From: Candidatus Vogelbacteria bacterium
GTDB taxonomy: Bacteria > Patescibacteriota > Minisyncoccia > Phycocordibacterales > XYD1-FULL-46-19
Length of the DNA stretch: 46,185 nt
Direction of reading: 5' to 3'
Assembly (NCBI GenBank): GCA_021414225.1
Contig: JAIOOX010000005.1
Span: 1-46,185 of the forward strand
In this document: positions 36,605-43,534 of the stretch, in pieces
How positions within the stretch are numbered: position 1 is the stretch's first letter
Layout of the letters: each line of letters starts with the position of its first letter
Program-made: the position numbers and the translations under genes
The notes under the pieces: model-generated
What the model saw: only the letters and a program-made list of their open reading frames with translations
What the model was told of the DNA's origin: nothing
The model's database searches: none

Positions 36605-38455
36605 CTATTCCAGCAATGGTAGCATTGGAGAAAGAATATGCTCTAATGCGTATAAGGCATTTCCCGTGGCAATTTGCCGGAATTTATCATCTTTTTCGCA
36701 ATCTGCATGGTCACTCACCCCCCGCACTATAAGATAGGCTTGGGGTCTATATCCATAGTGTAGCTGATCTTCGACAAATTGTTGTGCGACACCGCCTGCC
36801 TCAGTTTCAAGAGCCAACGTCTTATCATTTACGCCATTTAGCCACACTCGCTCCTCCGCCTCTCGGTACCTGATCACGGCTTCCCCAGTGCCAATGGGTC
36901 CAAAATGCAATCGAAACTTTGTCGAATCATCATTAGCGTTGGAATTGAGACAACAGATATCACCCGAATTATCAAAGACGGAATTAATAGCGTTTCTCAC
37001 TATAGGATTTAAATTATACGGCAATAATCTATGCTGAGTGCCTTGCTTAGTCACGACGCGTTTATCATAATAAAAAATATCATCTGCCACGACAACGTCA
37101 CCTATGCTCACATCCTTGTGTATAGATCCGGCGATTCCAACTAATACCATAACCTTTGGGGCAAACTCTTCTGCCAGATCACGATACGCTGGCATTATCG
37201 ACCTATTGCCTTGCTCAAGGGCACGCACGGCGGCTACACTAAATGATTCGCCAGCAGGCAACCTTCCAAATCCTTCGGAATACTTTCGCGTCGAACGTGA
37301 GCCAGCGGCTTCTCCAAACCCACCTCTTTCTTTCAACCAATTCCTTACCATATACATTTCATCTGGAACTACAGTTAGAATTCCAACGTCAACCTTTGGT
37401 CGTCTCGGCATTTCATGAACCCTTTTCGTGCTCTTAGGGGATACTTCGAATTGAACTAGATCGATCATATGGGGAACTAGCGCCCCGATAGAATGCCTCT
37501 CGAGCTCAGACGCTCGAAAAATGCGTTTGCCAAGCTCGATACGAACTTCCCGTTCAATGCCCTTGATATCACCGTCTACAGTACCAGATACCAACATCAA
37601 GGCGGTCGCTTTCGCATAACCGAGTTTAGCATCAAGGAATATGCGTGCCCTCTCCCAAAACGTTGGCCCGAGATAGCTTGTTGAACGATCGCTTCTAACT
37701 AACCGGCCATTACTTGGTAGACTTGAAAACAGTACACACCGAACTACAATATCCGAACCAAGCTCTTCAATCGCCTGAATCGCCATTCTGGTAAGCCAAA
37801 CTCGCGCAAGAGGTCCTGTAGCGCAGATCCAAGCGCCATGCGAAACCACCGTCTCTCCTGGAGGAATTTCGGCTATAATTGCCGTGCGTCCGTTTTTTGA
37901 CTGTCTACGGGCTTTCATACGAATCGCATGTAGAATCCCTCGGAGCCTGCTCCAGTTCGCACCCCGTTGAGCATTTGACGTCACCATATCGACACAAAGG
38001 ACGTTCTCGTAATAGGTCAGCTTTTCTGATTTCCCGAAAACGCTTGCAAGTTCATCAACTTCTCCAAGAATATCCCGCATTTCCCCCAAAGATATTCTCA
38101 TTCTTTCTATTAAAAAGGAAAGAAGGGGAATCCAATCTAACGACTGAGTTCTCAGTCTATCATCCAGTCGCAATGCCGCCTTGTGTAGATTCTTATCGAG
38201 CTGTCCATATAACTCAAGCTCTTTAATGCTAGCATGCATTTCGTTATAGGCGCGCTTAGAGTTTTTATCCTCGTTAGGATATAAAAGCCCTATTTCGAGC
38301 ATGGCTAATACCGTCTTTACTTGAAGCAACCATTTCGCTTGGCGCAGTATAATTGATTCCAAGTTTGTCGCTTTAAAATTGAGGTTCTCCCCAACGATAG
38401 TTACCGGAATCTGGATGCAGCTTGCCGGGGTCAATAATTTTGTCGCAATTCGCAT
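36605..38455 (-). CDS. Two-domain protein: unknown ~345-aa N-terminal domain fused to a C-terminal PNP_UDP_1 (purine nucleoside phosphorylase / MTA-SAH nucleosidase-fold) domain. Putative nucleotide-depleting effector.
   Basis: C-terminal ~270 aa: 'VDVGILTVVPDE', phosphate-loop-like 'MVLVGIAGS', 'ALETEAGGVAQ' and 'IVRGVSDHAD' (nucleosidase-type SD motif). The N-terminal part has no motif I recognise. No obvious SD at the ATG. Confidence 0.75.
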   Translation of the reverse strand: MRIATKLLTPASCIQIPVTIVGENLNFKATNLESIILRQAKWLLQVKTVLAMLEIGLLYPNEDKNSKRAYNEMHASIKELELYGQLDKNLHKAALRLDDRLRTQSLDWIPLLSFLIERMRISLGEMRDILGEVDELASVFGKSEKLTYYENVLCVDMVTSNAQRGANWSRLRGILHAIRMKARRQSKNGRTAIIAEIPPGETVVSHGAWICATGPLARVWLTRMAIQAIEELGSDIVVRCVLFSSLPSNGRLVRSDRSTSYLGPTFWERARIFLDAKLGYAKATALMLVSGTVDGDIKGIEREVRIELGKRIFRASELERHSIGALVPHMIDLVQFEVSPKSTKRVHEMPRRPKVDVGILTVVPDEMYMVRNWLKERGGFGEAAGSRSTRKYSEGFGRLPAGESFSVAAVRALEQGNRSIMPAYRDLAEEFAPKVMVLVGIAGSIHKDVSIGDVVVADDIFYYDKRVVTKQGTQHRLLPYNLNPIVRNAINSVFDNSGDICCLNSNANDDSTKFRLHFGPIGTGEAVIRYREAEERVWLNGVNDKTLALETEAGGVAQQFVEDQLHYGYRPQAYLIVRGVSDHADCEKDDKFRQIATGNALYALEHILSPMLPLLE

Positions 38456-38468
38456 CTATGTTTTATTG

Positions 38469-38509
38469 CACAGCTATCCCATCCATTGAATAATGATGGG
38501 ATGGCTGTG
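38469..38509. promoter_or_regulatory. 15-bp inverted repeat (1 mismatch) immediately upstream of the PNP-fusion gene start
   Basis: cacagctatcccatc (38469-38483) / gatgggatggctgtg (38495-38509) with an 11-nt spacer. It ends 13 nt from the ATG at 38455. Confidence 0.5.
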
Positions 38510-38519
38510 ATCTCTATTT

Positions 38520-38554
38520 ATAAAAAATGCTTGAATGACGGATATCACTCAAGC
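38520..38554 (-). terminator. Probable intrinsic terminator after the 68-aa gene
   Basis: Minus strand GCUUGAGUGA-UAUCCG-UCAUUCAAGC (9 bp, 1 mismatch) followed by AUUUUUUAU. Confidence 0.45.
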
Positions 38555-38579
38555 AAAGGTTGCGAATTGCCCAGCGCAA

Positions 38580-38786
38580 TCAAGCAATCTTGTGCCGAAA
38601 TACACGCTGGAATAGCCCTGGAGGGCGCGTAATGCGTCTCTCTACCTGAACCGGAGAAGGTGTACCCGGAGGTGCAACCATCACCAGTGATTCAACTCGA
38701 TGCCCCTGAGCGTTCTCGCTTATGACCTTAAATGTCCGGTCATCGACGCGTTCGCAATGGAGCGACGACTCATCCTTTTTTGTCAT
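38580..38786 (-). CDS. 68-aa hypothetical protein, translationally coupled to the upstream 2TM gene
   Basis: ATG preceded by GGAG at 7 nt. It overlaps the stop region of 38770..39648 by 17 nt. No recognisable domain. Confidence 0.5.
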   Translation of the reverse strand: MTKKDESSLHCERVDDRTFKVISENAQGHRVESLVMVAPPGTPSPVQVERRITRPPGLFQRVFRHKIA

Positions 38787-39648
38787 TGAGATTCTCCTGC
38801 TTGGGATATTTTTTTGACAGCCATTCGTATACCAACGGGTGTAGAGCAGCAGCCAAGCTTCTTACCAATTGAATATCGTAACGTCGATAAAATGCTTTTC
38901 GGGACCGACTATCTACGGCAAGAAATCCGACAATTTTCTCTTTCTCGCCGCTCAAACGCGGCACTATCGGCGACAGGATGACACTTTGGTATGGTAATCT
39001 CCAAGTCATCCGACGCCGCAACGGATTAAGAAACATTGGCCGATCTTCTTTTGGTTTACCATATACCTCGAACGAGGTATTTTCATAATGCGGTCGTCCT
39101 GGCAAGTCGTCTTCGAAAAAGACTTCCATTTCAGGTTGGCCAACATGCTCAAAAATCCAAAGTAATGCACTATTTTTCTGAAGTGAGTGCCTCACTCTAC
39201 CATGTGCGGCATCTCGATCTTTCGAGTGTGTGCTCCGACACAATGTGACAAACTCTAGATCTGAGCTTTCAGCAGTGGGCTGAACAAATTTGACACATGC
39301 TGCACACTGGGTGCCTGTCAAAACAGTGAATGCTTCGGCGATGAGATTTGTAATCGAGGTAATCGGCTCGGAATTTGCCATCGCTTCGGGTGAGGCGTCC
39401 TGTGCATCAAGGAAAGCGGCCGTCAGCATTTGGAGTGATTCCACATACCGTGCTTTTCTCGAGTAACGAAACTGCTGATAGACCATGACGATGAAAAAAA
39501 GAACTGCGAGTAGTCCAAGAAAAAATATGCCAATGCGAGCGTCGGGTTGTGATTTGGCCCAGACAGCTCCAACTGCCACCATGATCGATATTACGGCGCT
39601 CAAGTTGTTGACTATTGGCCCGAACCACCCCCAAAAACGCTGCATCAA
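38770..39648 (-). CDS. Membrane protein: two N-terminal TM helices + cytoplasmic GAF-like domain
   Basis: TM1 'AVISIMVAVGAVWA' and TM2 'IGIFFLGLLAVLFFIVMVY'. The C-terminal ~200 aa have a GAF-like pattern ('ITNLIAEAFTVLTG...', 'KIVGFLAVDSRSRKAFYRRYDIQLVRSLAAAL'). The likely start is the ATG at 39645. Confidence 0.55.
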   Translation of the reverse strand: MMQRFWGWFGPIVNNLSAVISIMVAVGAVWAKSQPDARIGIFFLGLLAVLFFIVMVYQQFRYSRKARYVESLQMLTAAFLDAQDASPEAMANSEPITSITNLIAEAFTVLTGTQCAACVKFVQPTAESSDLEFVTLCRSTHSKDRDAAHGRVRHSLQKNSALLWIFEHVGQPEMEVFFEDDLPGRPHYENTSFEVYGKPKEDRPMFLNPLRRRMTWRLPYQSVILSPIVPRLSGEKEKIVGFLAVDSRSRKAFYRRYDIQLVRSLAAALHPLVYEWLSKKYPKQENLNDKKG

Positions 39649-39696
39649 GGCATCTCCCCGACAAAAATAATGAGTTCGTGTGTCAAAGATCCAATG

Positions 39697-39831
39697 TTAA
39701 TCCCGCGATTCCTCCAACTCTTCGATTTCCGCGTCAAGCTCACATGCTATCGTTTCAATGTCGTCATCGGAGACATTTTGGTCGATTTCGAAGGTTAGAG
39801 GCGTCTTTGACGCATCTGGAACCGTTGCCAT
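39697..39831 (-). CDS. 44-aa highly acidic micro-ORF at the head of the cassette
   Basis: Hand-translated: MATVPDASKTPLTFEIDQNVSDDDIETIACELDAEIEELEESRD. The SD AAAGGAGG lies 6 nt before the ATG. The ORF ends 48 nt before the 2TM gene and is below the ORF-track cutoff. Confidence 0.4.
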   Translation of the reverse strand: MATVPDASKTPLTFEIDQNVSDDDIETIACELDAEIEELEESRD

Positions 39832-41160
39832 GCACGGCCTCCTTTTGCGGAAATCCTGAAGTTAAAACCCTAGAGAATACCATGCGACGCTGTAGAAGTA
39901 AAGAGCCTCCCTTAAGATACATGCTGAGCATGTATGTGCTTTCACTGTGCGCTTTTTAAAGAACAACGATGCAAATGTCAAGTATTTTCCCCTCGTCACT
40001 TTCGCAACTATCCATAAGCCATTGTATCCCAATATCTTATGGACTTCTAGATTGGGATGTGGATAACAATTGCTGCCCTCTTGTGGGTGCTTTTTTGCAC
40101 CCAAGAGAGCGCTTCGGGTGGGGGCGGATTAGTTTGCCGACACTATCTGTAGTGTTTTGCCTGATCGAGCACGAAAAAGAGTAAGAAACAGAAAACTATC
40201 AAAATGCGTCTATGGTAAAACCATTGACAAAGCAACATCTGAAATTATCAAGCCAGGGTGGCCTATGGCCACATTCGCCTTGATTAGGTGCCGCCCACAA
40301 CACAAAATGCCTTCTAGCCCCGATCCATCGCAAGCCCTACACTTACTAATAAGGGGGGTACGCAATGACTCTCAAAAAGCTCGCTATACCCTTATTTTAC
40401 TTACTCCTTTGGGTGTTGTCTTTTGGGCGAGCGGCAAGTGGGCGGAATAATTTCAGTCCGCCTTTTGGGGCACAACGCTCCGCCGAGCGGCGCGGCAGCG
40501 CCTGAAAAAGCAGGCCATCCTTTTGGGACAGGAGCATTACCGCAACGAAACCGCAATCCAGCCCATACTGATCCGCTTGCCCCTGGGGTATGGAGACAAT
40601 TCCAATGTCCCCGGTTGAGGCATAGACGAAACAATCGTCATGCCTTGGAAAGTTCTGTGAACCAGTTGGACCCAGTACCGGAATTTCTTCTCGCAGTATG
40701 GTGGTCTTTGCCGTCTTGTCGATGAGATCCCCTCCTCGTCGGCCTCGGGGTGCTCACTCGGCCTTCCGTTTGTCGTACTGATCCCAGCCGTTGGCTTTTC
40801 CGCCATGCATCTGCCGCCACAAAAGGCTGAAGGAGAACAGCGACACAGGATGCGTGGATGAATCTCAAATTTGAAGCGGACTTAACGATGAGAAGTTCAA
40901 TGAGATGCTCTAATCCCGGCCATTCCCTTTGCAGAACCAGCAATGCGGTGTTTGAAGCCAGCTCAGCTTTAAACTTGCCGGCCCGTTGTTCGCGCACTTG
41001 CAGTTGCCATTGCGCTTGGACGCCATCAATCGAAGTACGGGGCAGCGTTTGAAAATGCTCCAGTACACGGTCGTGAAGACATCGAAAGGGAGAAGAAAAT
41101 AGCCCATGAACTCCAATTTCCGCGTAGGAAATTAGCGTAACCAAATTCTCTCCGCCCTCA

Positions 41161-41247
41161 TCATGTACAGAGGGCAACAACCGGCTCGCTGGCAAAATCG
41201 GCTTCCGAATAGGTCTCGATAGTCGGCATTTCGTATGGGTTCTTCAT
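41161..41247 (-). CDS. 28-aa candidate RiPP precursor peptide
   Basis: Hand-translated: MKNPYEMPTIETYSEADFASEPVVALCT. The SD GGAGGA lies 7 nt before the ATG, and the ORF has its own near-consensus promoter. It sits directly downstream of the PqqD-like gene. Confidence 0.55.
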   Translation of the reverse strand: MKNPYEMPTIETYSEADFASEPVVALCT

Positions 41248-41272
41248 GACAAATTCCTCCAAAGTTTGCGGA

Positions 41273-41301
41273 ATTGTAGCCTAATATGCAATTGATGTCA
41301 A
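41273..41301 (-). promoter_or_regulatory. Near-consensus sigma70 promoter: TTGACA-N17-TACAAT
   Basis: On the minus strand, TTGACA (41296-41301), a 17-nt spacer and TACAAT (41273-41278). It lies ~25 nt upstream of the 28-aa ORF start. Confidence 0.6.
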
Positions 41302-41376
41302 GCGAAATCCATCGCCTCTCCCACTACTGCGGTACTGGCAGGGCAAGTTGTCAAGACGCTTCAGAAGCACCTCCAT

Positions 41377-41661
41377 CTATTCTAAGCCGCGCATGCAAAC
41401 GCCCAAGCTGTAGAGTTTTTCGAGTGTAACTTGGATGTCCAACTCTAAACGCTCGCGTGGAACCTGCCCGTATCGCTGAAGCATCTGCTCCAACAAGTCC
41501 TCGACAGTTGTCATCCCATCACATTTCTGCCAAATGAAAAAGGCAGAGTCGTTCAAAACGTGCACTAGACCTCCGGCGGCATCGTACAAGGCCCCATCCT
41601 CACCAAATTCATGAACACTCACGTCCGCTCTTCGTCTAGGTAGTCGTTTGGGCTGAAGCAT
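41377..41661 (-). CDS. PqqD-family protein (stand-alone RiPP recognition element)
   Basis: 'VHVLNDSAFFIWQKCDGMTTVEDLLEQMLQRYGQVPRERLELDIQVTLEKLYSLGV' follows the PqqD pattern (LN.ta..iW..cDG..tv.el...l...y.v......D....l..L...g). The ATG at 41661 has the SD GGAGAGG. The ORF track extends to GTG 41676. Confidence 0.75.
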   Translation of the reverse strand: MLQPKRLPRRRADVSVHEFGEDGALYDAAGGLVHVLNDSAFFIWQKCDGMTTVEDLLEQMLQRYGQVPRERLELDIQVTLEKLYSLGVCMRGLE

Positions 41662-41715
41662 CTGTATCCTCTCCACTCAACTTCATGTGTCAACGCAAGA
41701 CATTATGCGTGGCAT

Positions 41716-42051
41716 TTAGCGAGCGGCCATAATGCCAAGGATATCGCGATAAAGACAAATACCAGGCCAGCGATTAGCATCCCCTTTTTCGACACATACG
41801 GGGCCAAAACGCAAGATGAAGCGATGTAGCACTCTCGCACAGCCGCGACGAAAACAGATGACCTCTCCGAACTTGGGCTTCGGATCGAGCGCATAGCGAA
41901 TTTCTACCTCTGAGCCTGGGGGAAGTGTTGGCGACATGCTTCGACCAGTAACCCGCTTCAGCATTGTCTTACGGTCATGTCGCCAGGCTTCTTCGACTGC
42001 CCGTCGAGCTTTGTCGTGATCTCTGGCTGGCAAAGGCACACTATGCTCCAT
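41716..42051 (-). CDS. Soluble S24/S26-family (signal-peptidase/LexA-fold) serine peptidase-like protein
   Basis: 'VTGRSMSPTLPPGSEVEI' (Ser nucleophile box), then 'GEVICFRRG...VLHRFI'. There is no N-terminal TM anchor, unlike true signal peptidases. Confidence 0.6.
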   Translation of the reverse strand: MEHSVPLPARDHDKARRAVEEAWRHDRKTMLKRVTGRSMSPTLPPGSEVEIRYALDPKPKFGEVICFRRGCARVLHRFILRFGPVCVEKGDANRWPGICLYRDILGIMAAR

Positions 42052-42158
42052 CTGGATATTCTATCATCCCTGTAGACATTGGTGAAAAGGCCCAGTTACC
42101 GTGGAACCGCCGAAGAAAGAGATCGGAATGCCAGTGCAATTGCAAACGAAACAAAAAA

Positions 42159-43316
42159 CTACTCATGATATTGCGCCCAAATACTAGACATGTCAATTAG
42201 TCTGTATTCCCCGTCTGGCGCTGGAATCATCTCATGGGCAACAGCAAGGCTCATCTCCGCCGGAAACATCAAGACACTCTGAATCGTGTGATGGTTGCAT
42301 ATACAATTATAGCTCTTCCCATTCTCGCGGCCTGTCGCTCCGTCGTATTTGTCACGCAGAAATCGAAGCGCGGCCTCCGCGCACAGCGCTCCTCGATGTT
42401 CCTCTATCAAGGTGCGCATTCGCGCGTATCGAAAGGTTCCTGCTGAATAGGTAAGTCTATTTCGCGCAGTCTGTGGGCACTGGCAACAATCGTCAACAAT
42501 GAGCGTCCCTCTCCGCGCCGACCTCCAGGCACACAAACTTCGGGTGAACTCAATCGCACCGGCCTCCCCGCTCTTTCCGTCAGCGAGCGCAAGATTATAC
42601 CCACAGGTACGGGGCACATTCTTGACTATTTCCAAAGCATCGGCGAGGTTTCGTGCCTTTTCCAGGACCATTCGAAGCACAATCGAAATCGGTACCCCCT
42701 CAATGTCGCAATCGCTCGCCGGGGTGCTGACTTCAGAGAGCGAAAGCCTAGCAGCACTCATTCCCGTGTACGTCCCAACCATCCCCACAATTGTCGGCGA
42801 TATTGTTGGAAGCAGCGTCTCCGAAGCCGGACTCCGAGCTATGCAAATGCCCACCCTTGCATGGATGTCGCGACCCAACGGAAAATCAAGGTTTCTTCCG
42901 TGTATAAGCCGACCTCTAGTAACGCTTGGAAGTAACACAAAATTGCAACATTGATGCAAGGCTCCCATGTAACAGCCATCGACATCCGCGATGCAGTTCA
43001 GCGCAAGAATGTCGGCATACGGGACCTCGCATCCCTCGGCAATGGCACGCATCTCTTCCAGGTACATCGACGGTATGAAATTCGCGCATCTGGCTGATTG
43101 CTCAAGGAGGAAATGATAAGGAACCCCGAATATCTCGTTACTTCGTCGCACAAAACCATCCACTAGGAGCCCGATCTCATTCTTCAGCAAGCGGCCATGC
43201 TCGTGCCCCATTTCTTCTGGTGTTCCCTCAAGCAGAAGGATCGGTATAGATTCTATTAATTCTAGCGGCACGGAAACGACCACTCCTGCAACAGTGTTCG
43301 GAACACCGGAACTCAA
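42159..43316 (-). CDS. Peptidase C45 / acyl-CoA:6-APA acyltransferase-family Ntn hydrolase
   Basis: 'EGTPEEMGHEHGRLL' N-terminal block, candidate nucleophile 'QCCNFVL' and 'HGRNLDFP'. The start codon is uncertain (the track uses TTG). Confidence 0.65.
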   Translation of the reverse strand: MSSGVPNTVAGVVVSVPLELIESIPILLLEGTPEEMGHEHGRLLKNEIGLLVDGFVRRSNEIFGVPYHFLLEQSARCANFIPSMYLEEMRAIAEGCEVPYADILALNCIADVDGCYMGALHQCCNFVLLPSVTRGRLIHGRNLDFPLGRDIHARVGICIARSPASETLLPTISPTIVGMVGTYTGMSAARLSLSEVSTPASDCDIEGVPISIVLRMVLEKARNLADALEIVKNVPRTCGYNLALADGKSGEAGAIEFTRSLCAWRSARRGTLIVDDCCQCPQTARNRLTYSAGTFRYARMRTLIEEHRGALCAEAALRFLRDKYDGATGRENGKSYNCICNHHTIQSVLMFPAEMSLAVAHEMIPAPDGEYRLIDMSSIWAQYHE

Positions 43317-43534
43317 GAAAAACGAAAGAATTTGATCTCAAAAGCACCAAACCTCTGTAAACGGCATGGACATGAGGCACGATGCGCCGCAAGGGGGGGC
43401 AAGCGAGCAAAACTCTGCTTCGGTTTCCACCAACAGAGTACCATAACCACATCTACTTGACAAGCAAAAATTATTGTGTAATACTGCTCCAGATGTAAGG
43501 TTGCAAGGTCCCGACTTAGGAGGAAGACGTAACT

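Noticed and set aside
36286-36732. Three overlapping plus-strand ORFs (61, 91 and 73 aa) between the recombinase and the PNP-fusion gene
   Set aside because: They are mutually overlapping frames with no RBS and no recognisable motifs. The last one runs antisense into the PNP-fusion CDS. I treat the spacer as non-coding or decayed.
37104-38226. Plus-strand ORFs 37104..37418, 37243..37437, 37493..37684 and 37879..38226
   Set aside because: All are antisense to the 616-aa CDS, whose C-terminal domain has clear PNP-family motifs.
39036-39670. ORFs 39036..39248(+), 39407..39664(-) and 39485..39670(+)
   Set aside because: They overlap the 292-aa 2TM/GAF-like CDS in other frames or on the other strand, and have no independent support.
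40401-41195. Minus-strand ORFs of 185 aa (40638..41195), 89 aa (40537..40806), 77 aa (40401..40634) and 68 aa (40910..41116). Includes a vague IS3-OrfA-like stretch (RRQRPPYCEKKFRYWVQLV) and a Cys-rich 68-aa frame.
   Set aside because: The frames overlap one another, and large parts are R/P/G-rich as expected for non-coding GC-rich DNA. The IS3 resemblance is too weak to call by eye. They are kept only as a 'possibly decayed genes' finding, not as features.
41161-41676. Calling the PqqD + peptide pair a lasso-peptide locus
   Set aside because: There is no transglutaminase-like B2 protease or asparagine-synthetase-like cyclase in the window. The predicted core (7 aa, starting with Pro) cannot form a lasso macrolactam. 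Only the leader spacing is lasso-like.
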